The position numbers and the translations under genes are program-made. The notes below the pieces were generated by a model. The model worked only from the letters and a program-made list of their open reading frames with translations. It ran no database searches and had not been told where the DNA came from. From Euglena gracilis (lineage: Eukaryota), in contig CP154954.1 in the NCBI GenBank assembly GCA_039621445.1, positions 43,384,174-43,404,173 on the forward strand: a stretch of DNA of 20,000 bases. Reading direction: 5' to 3'. Positions within the stretch are counted from its first letter, which is position 1. Each line of letters begins with the position of its first letter. Below are positions 1-20,000 of the stretch, one piece after another.

Positions 1-196
1 GCCTTTCTGTTATTGCGGCTTTGTCCCAAACAGATTTTAAAGCTTTTTTAAGGAAGGTTAAGGAAGGTCGGGGGGGGGGGAGGACGACCCTGTTTTTTTT
101 TCGACCCTGTTTTCGATTTTTGGGATGATTAATGTTAGTACACTCTCCCGACTCTGAAGGCACTGTGACCTCAATTCAAGGGAACTGGGCCGGGAC

Positions 197-514
197 CATA
201 CCATTGTTAAAGGTGTGTCTGACCCCCCCGGAGGGGTGACTGGCTGGTTTTTCGGAGTCATTAACTGGTTCTTGGCCCCCCCCCCAGGGGGTGGCGTCGG
301 CCTGGATTGGCCAAAGGCACTGGAAAAAATTTGGGGTTTTGACCAAGATCCTTTGATTTTTGGCCATTTTTGGCCAAGTGGCCAAAGTGACCGACCACCC
401 CCACGGGGGGAAGGAAGTGGGTGACTGGTTTTTGAAAGGATTGACTGGTTTTTTTGAAAGTGGAACGTGAACCCCCCCCCCCCCCAGGGGGCCGGCCGGG
501 TAAGCAACAGTGTG
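197..514. mobile_element. hAT-like MITE (degenerate)
   Basis: Left end CATACCATTGTTAA; reverse complement of right end CACACTGTTGCTTA; flanks GCCGGGAC (189-196) and GTCGGGAC (515-522), 7/8 identical. Confidence 0.65.
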
Positions 515-544
515 GTCGGGACCCAGGGCTGCTGCCTAGAAGGC

Positions 545-576
545 GTGTGTGTTGTGGTGTGTAGGTGTGTGTGGTA

Positions 577-609
<33 letters not shown>

Positions 610-790
610 TGTGTGTGTTGTGTGTGCCTTGTATGTATTGTGTGTGTTTGTGTTATGTTGTGTTGTGTTGTGTTGTGGTGTGGTGTGGTGTGTTGCGTTG
701 CGTTGCGTTGCGTTGTGTGTAGGTGTGGGTGTGTGAGTGGGTCTGGGTGTGTGTGTGTGTTGTGTGTGTTGTATGTGTTGTATGTGTGTG
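545..790. repeat. Degenerate (TG)n / (GTTGT)n microsatellite
   Basis: Seen directly. Confidence 0.95.
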
Positions 791-1001
791 TTAACACGGA
801 AGCCTGGGAAGGCTAGTGGCTACGCGGGGGGGGAGGGCTCAAGAGTTGCAGCGGTGGGTGTCTGAGTTTTTTTTGGCGCAGATATAGGAAGAGTTGTTTG
901 GACGGAGGAGCAGTGCCGCAGCTCCGGTACCGACAAATCAGAGGCTTCGAAGCAGAAACCCATCACCCCCCCAAAACCAGCCTCGATACATTTACCGAGA
1001 G

Positions 1002-1140
1002 CACACCCACCCACCCACCCACCCACCCACAAACACACACACGCGCGCGCGCGCACGCACGCACACACAACACACACAACGCGTGCGTGCACACACGCAT
1101 GCACACACATACACACTCGACATATAACGCGCACAGACAC
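1002..1140. repeat. (CCCA)n / (CA)n / (CG)n microsatellite
   Basis: Seen directly. Confidence 0.9.
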
Positions 1141-1272
1141 AAAGCGCCATGAGCGACTCGGGTTGGTGAGTATTGGGGGTGGGTGCACAGGGGGTAGGGA
1201 GGTTGTCTACCCGCCTCACCACTGCAGCCCCCCCCCCCCCCGGCTCCACCCCAGGGCTCCACCCCACCCGGG

Positions 1273-2748
1273 ATGGATGACTTCCAGCAGCCGGAGGAGA
1301 CCACCATCCAGCCCGAGGAGGTGAACGTCATCGTGAAGGATGCGGTGGACTCTGTGGTGGGCGGCAACATGCAGTACGACCACTCCAAGGTGCACGTGTG
1401 CGCGGCACGGGGGGCGGGGGGGGGGGCGAGCTGAGCAGGAACCTGCAAACCTTGTAGGTGAGTGGCACCACCCCCACCCCATCCTGGTGGGTGGGTTGGG
1501 GTCGATCACCCTCCACCAGGCTTTCCTGTGCACCCTTGGGCGGGCGTCCATTTTTGTTCCCATTCCTTCCTGGCAAGCCCCTTGCACTTTTCATTTTTAC
1601 CCCTACAATATGGTATGCTTTGCTGGAAGGTATGCAGCAAGAAGCTCGCAGGACCCTTTAGATGACAGGAACACAGCGAAATAACACCAAAAAGTTCGGG
1701 GCATCACCATACCCAACTGACTGACTGCTTTTGTTTTCTTCGCCGCACATCTCTTTATCCCCGGGTAAAGTGGTAGTGGTAGTTCGTGCAAAATGAAGGT
1801 GAGGTTTTGGGGGGTATCAGGATTGGGTAGAATTTTCATCTTCTGTAACCCCGTCGCCAAGCGCCGAAATTTCCCGGCTTTTTTCCCTGTGCGGTTCGTC
1901 ATTACCAAAGTGACCCTGAATACCCCAAAGGGAGGTAACAAAAGTGAGTAAACCCCTCCAAATAACCTGGCGGGGCCATTGCTCCTGGCACTAGCCGAAT
2001 AACTTGGCGGGGGGGGGGGGGCAAAAAGATGGTTCCAGTAACTTTGCACCCCCTTTTTAAGCAAATTCTTTTACGGAGCTGAAAAAAGGGCCCAAGTAAC
2101 CTGGCGGGGAGGGGCAGGGCCAAAAGTTGGTTCCAATAACCTGGACCCCCGCGGGGTTATTGGGGGGGGGGGGGGTAACTGGCTTTTGAATAGTCACTGT
2201 GTGGGGGTTCGAAAGAAGACAGCAACCCCACGGTTGCGGCTCGAAAACGTCATGAAAGGAAAAATTTGCCCGGGTCGGTCCCATTCTGCACCCCTCCCAC
2301 GAGAGCGGGGTACCATGGACCTGCCCGACAGCGGAAGGAGAGGCGCCTCCATTTTGCCGCCTTAGGTCAGCCACTGGATCAACACCATCGTGGAGACATG
2401 CCTGAAGAAGCTCACCGCCCTCAACAAGCCCTTCAAGTTCGTCATCACCTGCATGATCATGCGGAAGACCGGTGCGTTGATGGACCTCTCTCTGGCGGTC
2501 CCCATGCGCCCTCCTCCTCCCCCCTGTGCCGTAACCCAATATCCACCCCTACCCCCCTCCCTCAAAAAGCCCCCCCCCACCGTCCAACAGCCACAAGTTC
2601 GCAGTGGGGACCCCTCCTCGCAGGCGCGGGGCTGCATTTGGCCTCCTCCTGCCTCTGGGACATCACGTGCGACAACCTGTACATGCACAAGGAGGAGAGC
2701 AACAAGTACCTGTACTGCATCACCACCGTGTACTGGACCGCGCTGTAG
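1273..2748 (+). CDS. TCTEX1: Dynein light chain, Tctex1/DYNLT family, 115 aa; join(1273..1389,2366..2471,2624..2748)
   Basis: Spliced translation MDDFQQPEETTIQPEEVNVIVKDAVDSVVGGNMQYDHSK|VSHWINTIVETCLKKLTALNKPFKFVITCMIMRKTG|AGLHLASSCLWDITCDNLYMHKEESNKYLYCITTVYWTAL* has Tctex1 motifs (Y-D-H-x-K-V-x-x-W, K-P-F-K-F-V-x-T-C-x-I-M, G-A-G-L-H-x-A-S-S-C-x-W-D, Y-C-I-x-T-V-Y). Both introns are GT..AG and keep frame; third codon positions are GC-rich. Confidence 0.95.
1390..2365 (+). other. Conventional GT-AG intron 1 of the Tctex1 gene (phase 0)
   Basis: AAG|gtgcac ... gccttag|GTC; the join restores HSK-VSHW. Confidence 0.9.
2472..2623 (+). other. Conventional GT-AG intron 2 of the Tctex1 gene (phase 1)
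   Basis: ACC G|gtgcgt ... cctcctcgcag|GC GCG; the join restores the KTGAGLH motif. Confidence 0.92.
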
Positions 2749-3081
2749 GTGTGCCCCAGGAGGGCGAGGGCAGGGGGGGGGGGGGTGCAAACCATGAGGA
2801 CCCCAGGAGGTCCAGCTTCCCAGCAGCAGCAGCAGCAGCCACGCTGATGGCTTCCAGCGTGGCTGCCAACCCTCCGCCGGGCGTCTTTATTTTGAAATAG
2901 TTGATAATTGCGTCAAAAAGGATAGTTCCTGGTGTGGAGCGCAAGAAGTTTTTAAGAAAAGAAATGGTCACAATGGCGCTTTTAGGAGTTCTCATGGTGC
3001 AAAAAAAAGAATACAATGGGGGGGAAAGATGCTGCTCTTCCCACCCCAAACTGATTATTTAACACAAACATAACTTGGACC

Positions 3082-3336
3082 CAGGCTTGTGCTTAGTCGG
3101 GTGCCTATCCCCCGGGGGGGGGGGGTGCTAGGGGCAGGCACCCCATAGCACCCGATCTGACCCCCCCCTGGGGGTTAGGGTTTTGGGGGCTGCCTGCCCA
3201 TAGTAGGCACCCCCCCTCCGACCCCGGCGCCTTGGGCGCCGGGGGTCCGGAAAAGGCCATTGTCAATGAAGAATTTCTGGGTCCCCCCCAGACCCCCCAC
3301 CCACCTCCTCCCCCCCGGTTGGTAAGCACAAGCATG
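3082..3336. mobile_element. hAT-like MITE with perfect 8-bp TSD
   Basis: TIR CAGGCTTGTGCTTA ... TAAGCACAAGCATG (13/14); TSD CTTGGACC at 3074-3081 and 3337-3344; inverted relative at 19621-19845. Confidence 0.9.
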
Positions 3337-5320
3337 CTTGGACCCACTAAATGGTGCTATTTATTTCCGCATAGAAAACTTTCACATTTGGACCATTTTG
3401 CATGCATTTTGTTGTGGGGTTGAGTAATTTTTAATTTAAGACTTCATTATATGATGATAATTCATAGCAGATGGCGTAAAATTGTTAAATTTTTAGAAAA
3501 GACCTCGGGTTTCTTCAAAAAGGAATTTTGGGGATTGAAAAAAAATTTTTGGCTGCACTGAAGTTTTACCCTTCAATCATATCCAGAACTTCACTTCTTG
3601 GCTGGGATGGGGCAAGGTTTTTTATGTTCAAATTCCAAAATGAATTACATTTTCATCTTCGTCACGGAGTCTTGACAAACGTTACCAATGTAAAAACCCA
3701 CCGGATTTCAAGTCCATAATTGTTTTTGCCGAGTGTTCCCATGACACCCTTGGTGCAATGGGGGAACACAGAAATCCTTTTTTTTTGTTTTCTTTTGATT
3801 TTCCTTGTTTTTTGCAGTGTCTTTTTTAATTATTTGACAGTAAATAAGTAGTATTTGAAGGATCTTTTCTGTTTTGAGCAAAAAAGTCTTGAATTAGAAT
3901 TTTTATTTTTGCACTTTGGTCATGTTTATTGCTTTGAAACGTTTTGATGAACGTGGCCCCCTCCAAAAAAAAGATCTATAAAGTCAAATTTCAGCGCTTT
4001 TTGCAGTCTTTTTTTGCTTTTTTTTGCCCTTTCCAAGGGTCCTAAATACCCCCTGCCAATTTCAACAATTTCTGCTTGCCCGCTGCCCATGAATACTGGG
4101 ACTAAACAAATTTTCTGTCTCTCACATACCTCATTGTCAAGTCCATTGGCAATACCATTCTAAATATACCCCCTCTTGCCTTGGTGTTTGGCGGTGCCCG
4201 TTTCATTCCTTCCATTTGGTCTTCGGTGCAAACCACCCCAAAAAGTGGGTCGCACGTGGCGAGAGGTGCAAAGGTGAGGGCAGACGATTGGACCGGATTC
4301 CATTCCAACCCCCAATTTCGTTTCCGCCACTTCCTGGTGCCCCCTTTGCTTGCAGGTCAGGCTTCTGGTTTGGGGCTGTGGCCGATCTCACAGCTAGCCC
4401 TGCCTCTACACCCGCACTCACCTCCAACCCCTCCCGCTCGCACGCCTCCCTGGCACCGCTGTGTGTTGCGCACCCGTTCCACTGCCTCATTGTCTGCCCC
4501 ACTGTCGCACCGAACCACCACCCCCCCCCCCCACTGGCTGCGCTGACGCCGTTTGGCACTGCCTTTTTTCCACTTCCACAGCTCTTGGACAAATGACGGG
4601 ATGTGCATTATGTTCGGGTCTTGAAGTTTGTTGAGGGGGAAGAGAAGCAGTCACCCCACCCCGCCCTCCACGAAGGAGCGCCTGGACACAGTTTGTCCCT
4701 CTGAAGGGCCATTCAGGGAACAATGCTGCCTTGTGTGCTGTGCGTCGTGCGTTTTTGTAAGGCAGACATGTCTTCCACCCTCCGTGCCTGTACCTCGCAG
4801 CATGGGTCAAGGGCCATGTTTTCACAGGCTCCAGCGCAGAATGCCTCCGGCTCTAACTATTTTGTCCCATCACGCCTCACGCCCACCCTCACCCTCACTT
4901 CGCCCAATCTTTCGTTTTCCCTGCCGATGATTGTACTCTTAGCAATGAGCATGTCCCACCTTCCCACCTGATCAAATGTTGTTTGTGAGTCGCTCATTTG
5001 TTTGACACCACATGAAAAATGGCAAATGGAAGGAAACAGTGTATCATTCACACCGATCCATAATCCACACACCACAATTCCAACTGCCTTCATACACCTG
5101 AAAATCATGAATTCTGTGGGGAAATCATCAATGGTTTTTTTTCCTGCTTTTCTGGCATTTTAAGATATTTCACTGGAGGGACAACAAAATATCCTGGATC
5201 CCAGATTCAGTCTGTATGGTCGGGGAGTCCTAAGAAGTCCACATCTGCAAGGAACGAATAAGGCTTGGGCACTGCCACCCAGCCAGCAAACCAGCCACCC
5301 GACCTTCTGCTTTTATCCAG

Positions 5321-5847
5321 CAGGGGGGGGGGGGAAATTGATATCCGCAATTTTTCCGCAATTTCCGCAATTTTCCGCAATTTCCGCAATTTTCCGCAAT
5401 TTTCCGCAATTTTTCCGCAATTTCCGCAATTTTTCCGCAATTTTTTCCCATTTTTTTTCCGCAGAATTTTTTTTACATCACATAAGATGGTAGATTCAAT
5501 GAGTTTAATCTATTCTTCAAATGGATCAATAGTTGTGCTATTGTGTTTTGTTGTTTTTTCCCCCCAGTTTACCAATTTTTCTCACAGGTGCACCACTGGT
5601 TACAGAATTGGGTGCGTCCCACCTGTGCAAAAAACATCAAGCGTGTTGATTTGTGCTCGCCTGCATCGACGTGGGTGTTGCGGTGTTCTGAACCTCACAA
5701 TTGAAAAATTTCTAAGTCCCCTCAGACAGAAATGTGTACACCCGATATCAATTTTTCCGCAATTTTTTCCGCAATTTCCACAATTTTCCCGCAATTTTTC
5801 CGCAATTTTTCCGAAGGCCTCCGATATCAATTATTCCCCCCCCCCTG
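5321..5847. mobile_element. TIR element with subterminal (TTTTCCGCAA)n arrays
   Basis: CAG(G)nAAATTGATATC ... GATATCAATTATT(C)nTG; direct repeat TATCCAG at 5314-5320 and 5848-5854; arrays of about 10-nt units at about 5345-5465 and 5750-5815. Confidence 0.85.
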
Positions 5848-5861
5848 TATCCAGACCGCCT

Positions 5862-5864
<3 letters not shown>

Positions 5865-5933
<69 letters not shown>

Positions 5934-5960
5934 TTGACAGACAGACAGATGTTGACTGAC
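5865..5960. repeat. (GACA)n tetranucleotide microsatellite
   Basis: Seen directly. Confidence 0.95.
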
Positions 5961-6956
5961 AGGCGTTGGCAACACAGAGAGCAAATTTTTGTTCCATGTC
6001 AAAGCATTATTGATTTAAAATTTTATTTCGGGTTGTGTTATTAAGTTTCTGGGATTGTGCAAATTTTTGAATCATGTATATTTTCATGGTTTTCTTTTGT
6101 TTGGCCGTTGTAGTACTGCTCAGAGGGTCTTTTCCCAGAGTTTCAAAAGTTTCACAGTCTATTTTCATAGCACGTTCATTTTTATGAAATGCAAATGCAT
6201 ATGTAAATTTGCATAAAGATTCAAAATAAATTGCAATTTTTGGGGGAAAATTATTTCTCTGTCAAAATGTCCCAAAAAAAAGTCTAAAATCAGTTTGATC
6301 AGTTAAACTCAGTGCATGCAAATGAAGCAATGGGCCTTGCATCCAAGCTTGCATTTCGCTTTCTTTTCTGCACCGTTTGGTTGGGTTCATTTTTTTTCGT
6401 AATTTAGAATTTCAGGGCACTGCATTATTTGTGTTTTTGAGTTTTTGGAAATGAGAAATGTGCATCGTTTTTAAACACCCATGAACGTCATGGGTCTTTC
6501 CAATCCCCTTTCCATTGAGAACAAGAGCACCAAAGGGTCTCGCGGAGTTTGCCTGGCATTTTCCATCTTTGTGCTTTATTCGCATATTCTCGGCCGCCTT
6601 GTTGCATCCCTGGCAAAGGGTCCATCTTCAACCGGTGCCGTGCAATGGGACGGGCAATGGCACAGACACTCACAGACAATTGCGGATTGCCAGAGAAAAC
6701 CGATTGGTCAACCATTCGTTCCCCGACCGGCCCCGGCGGCCACCGCAGCTCACGAGCCCGCCAGCCCCTTCCTTGGTTGCACTGCAGGGGCGGAGTGGGT
6801 GTCCTCCCCTCCCCCCCCTCCACCCCCCCCCCCCCCCCCAAGGGCTGCACAGGAACGCCCGACACCTCATGGGGGTGGGGGGTCCAACCCCCCACCTCTC
6901 CTCCAGGTGCCTGCCCACCCCCACATGATGCCGCGGCGCTGAGGTCGGGGCCGGGG

Positions 6957-17540
<10,584 letters not shown>

Positions 17541-17614
17541 GTCAAGTCCAAGAAGAAAAAGAAGAAGCCCGGTGCCCGCGCCGTTGCCGAAAATCTCCTC
17601 GACACGCGTGTGCA

Positions 17615-17725
17615 TACACACACACACACACACACGCAGACAGACAGACACACACACAGACACACAGACACACACACACATACATGGAAATAAACACGTG
17701 CACACGCACACGAACACAAACACAC
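17615..17725. repeat. (CA)n / (CAGA)n microsatellite
   Basis: Seen directly. Confidence 0.9.
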
Positions 17726-19620
17726 CCAACCTCGCCGCAATCATTTAATGTCTATTAAATGAGTCTCAGGCAAAGGCCTGCTTGGGACGTGACAGTGGTG
17801 ACCGAACCCCCTCGCCCTTCCTATTCCTGACCTGGCCCGCCTCTCTGACCAGCACTGGCCCGATGTCGAATGAGTTCCACATCGGTGGCAGCCTCAACTC
17901 TCTTTTGAAATGGCGTTCCACATACATCGCGAAATGGGAAGTGGCACAAGGTGGTGAGGGGTCCTCAACTGTGCCATGTCTCCAGAGTCATCACCGGGTG
18001 ATTCCTAAGTTAGAGGGTGTCCCACCCCGGGGGGGGGGGGGGCTAGCACATTTTTCCCAACCAACACCTTTTCCACAGCAGCTGCGCTGGAGACCCCTCC
18101 TCAAGGGTCTGGCACCCAAGCCCTGCCAAAAAATAACCCAAGCCCAGTTGGGTCCTATTTCATTTGTTCAACCAAATTCTTGAGGTAAAAACCTCAAAAC
18201 CCAAAAAAGAACCATTTTTCTTTGACAAACGTCATCGCAAATTGGCAGTTTGGCCGGATGCATTCCTGCTTGGCCCACTGGACGCAGTCCCCCAAGCTGG
18301 TATTGGGTTCAGGTTGGCACCTGGCTGGACCCCCCTCCTGGGCTTCCCTTGGGGGGGGGGGTCAACCCAGCCCCTTCTTTCCAGCCAGATCCATTTCCTA
18401 GCCAGCCGGCGGGACCTCCCCCCACCGGACCGTCTGAACCCTCCTGGTCGTCACAGCAGGGTTTCTTAGAAAGAAATGGGAAGATGCCGACGCCGAAAGG
18501 AATCGATCTTAATTTTGAAACACCAATTTCAAAATGCCAGCAATCCTTGTCTCGCGCACAATTACGCATGAGAGTCGGAAAAATCATCACAGAAGCCCAT
18601 GTTACAATTCCATGCGACGCGGTCAGGCTCACTGCAATTGTTGATTTTTGTCACCGATGCCAGCGACTGTGTTTTAAATCCAGCCTGCTGGCCCAGGAGA
18701 TGTGTTGCCAAGCATTGTCACCCCCTTCTCTGTCCCCTGGATTTCCACTGTGTAAGAGTTCTCGCCTTCCCCTGATATCTTTCTAATCGTTTTACATTGA
18801 CCGCACTTTCCACATTGACCGTGTCCCCGTGTTGTTTCATTTCACAGGCAGCATAATGTGGAATCTCATGAGTTTCGATGTTGTCCCGTATGCTAATTTT
18901 TCAGACTCCCTTTTACAGAGCTGTAATCGAGGGGAAAATGAAAAATTTCCACCTCCGGATTTTTTTATTATGCAATTGTATTTTGATATTTATTGTGATT
19001 GAACGTTGTGAACACCCTGATTCTAAAAACATGCAATTTGTTGGCCAATTCATCCAAGAATGACAAAAGGTTGACAAAATGGTTTGTTCTCAGACAGAAT
19101 GTGGAATTTTTCTAAGTCGAATGTTCAAGTAAATACACCATCTGTTTCGTACCATGTGTTGCACCGCGTACACTGTGTGTGGCACTGCATCAATACCACA
19201 ATACACGGTTCTTTTGTTTGTGTCACGTTTTTTGAGGGTCCATGTTTCCCACCCACATGCAAGGCTGCATTGAAGGATGAAGGTCGCTGCAGATGTGCCA
19301 GGATGCGCTCCAGAACGGAACCAGGCAGGGATTTTCAACGGTTGGACCCTCAGGGGGTAGAGTGTGTAGGTCCGCCGGACCCCCAAAGGTACCCCAAGAG
19401 CCTTGTGGGTCCCCGGCCAGAGGCGGGTTTTGGATCATTTTTGGCTTTCTTGACCCCCAAAATTGGCCCCAAACAGTGTCCCCCGGACCCCCTCCCACCC
19501 CGGTCTTTAAAAAAATCCCGGGGGCAGGGGATAGGAATCAGCGTGAAGTTCCAGCAAAATGATTGCAATAAAGGTCGATTTTTTTGCCCACCTTTCCTGT
19601 GGACATACGTGTGCTGGGAG

Positions 19621-19845
19621 CAGGCTTGTACTTGCCCATCGGGGGGTGGGTGGGTGGGTGGGTGCAAGAGGGTGCCTGCCCCTGGCAGGCACCCCCCCTT
19701 GGGGGGGGGGGGGCGGGGGGGGGACCCAGAAAATTTTCATTGAAAATGGCCTTTTCCGGGCCCCCGGCGCCGGGGTCGGAGGGGGGTCTGCCTGCCCATA
19801 GCCCCCCCCCCCCGTGGGGTGGGCACCCGACTAAGCAAAAGCCTG
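19621..19845. mobile_element. hAT-like MITE, inverted relative of 3082-3336
   Basis: CAGGCTTGTACTT ... TAAGCAAAAGCCTG; TSD GCTGGGAG at 19613-19620 and 19846-19853; shares internal sequence GGGACCCAGAAA..TTCATTGA.AATGGCCTTTTCCGG.CCCCCGGCGCC with the reverse complement of the 3082 copy. Confidence 0.9.
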
Positions 19846-20000
19846 GCTGGGAGAGCAGAGTTTTTTTCTTATTGTGAACTGCTTGGCAAGATGGGAAAAA
19901 ATCACATGAGGTGGTATATCAATGCACACTGGTGCACACAACCTTGTCTGGTAATGCTGACTCTTCCAGGATTGCATATCAAACCTGCATGCAACAACAT

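Noticed and set aside
3345-5310. Genes in the region between Tctex1 and gene 2
   Set aside because: AT-rich or low-complexity sequence with no coding bias or recognisable motifs.
5207-6044. 259-aa ORF and NCGK-repeat ORFs; CRISPR-like appearance of the CCGCAA array
   Set aside because: Tandem units of about 10 nt without unique spacers inside a TIR element; not coding and not CRISPR.
19326-19521. Possible MITE CAGGGATTTT...AAAATCCCGG
   Set aside because: Short TIR and an unconvincing TSD; not supportable alone.

Overview
Eukaryotic nuclear DNA with the hallmarks of a euglenid (Euglena-like) genome; the taxon is inferred from intron type. Almost all ORF-track entries are artefacts of microsatellites, G/C runs and repeats. 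Manual splicing gives two + strand genes. (1) A 115-aa Tctex1-type dynein light chain (1273-2748) with two ordinary GT-AG introns. (2) A gene of at least 17 exons (6957 to about 17540 or beyond, over 530 aa) encoding an N-terminal SAM-like domain joined to a bestrophin-like membrane domain. Its 16 introns are non-GT-AG, with base-paired ends (intron nt +4 pairs with -6, often CAG...CTG). The window also holds several hAT-like MITEs (CAG/CAC termini, 8-bp target-site duplications). The key observation is that intron 3 (and probably intron 8) is itself a copy of one of these MITE families plus one 8-bp TSD. The 3-nt + 5-nt offset that defines nonconventional intron ends equals that TSD, a direct snapshot of transposon-to-intron conversion. 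Junctions were placed by eye and several can slide by a few nt.
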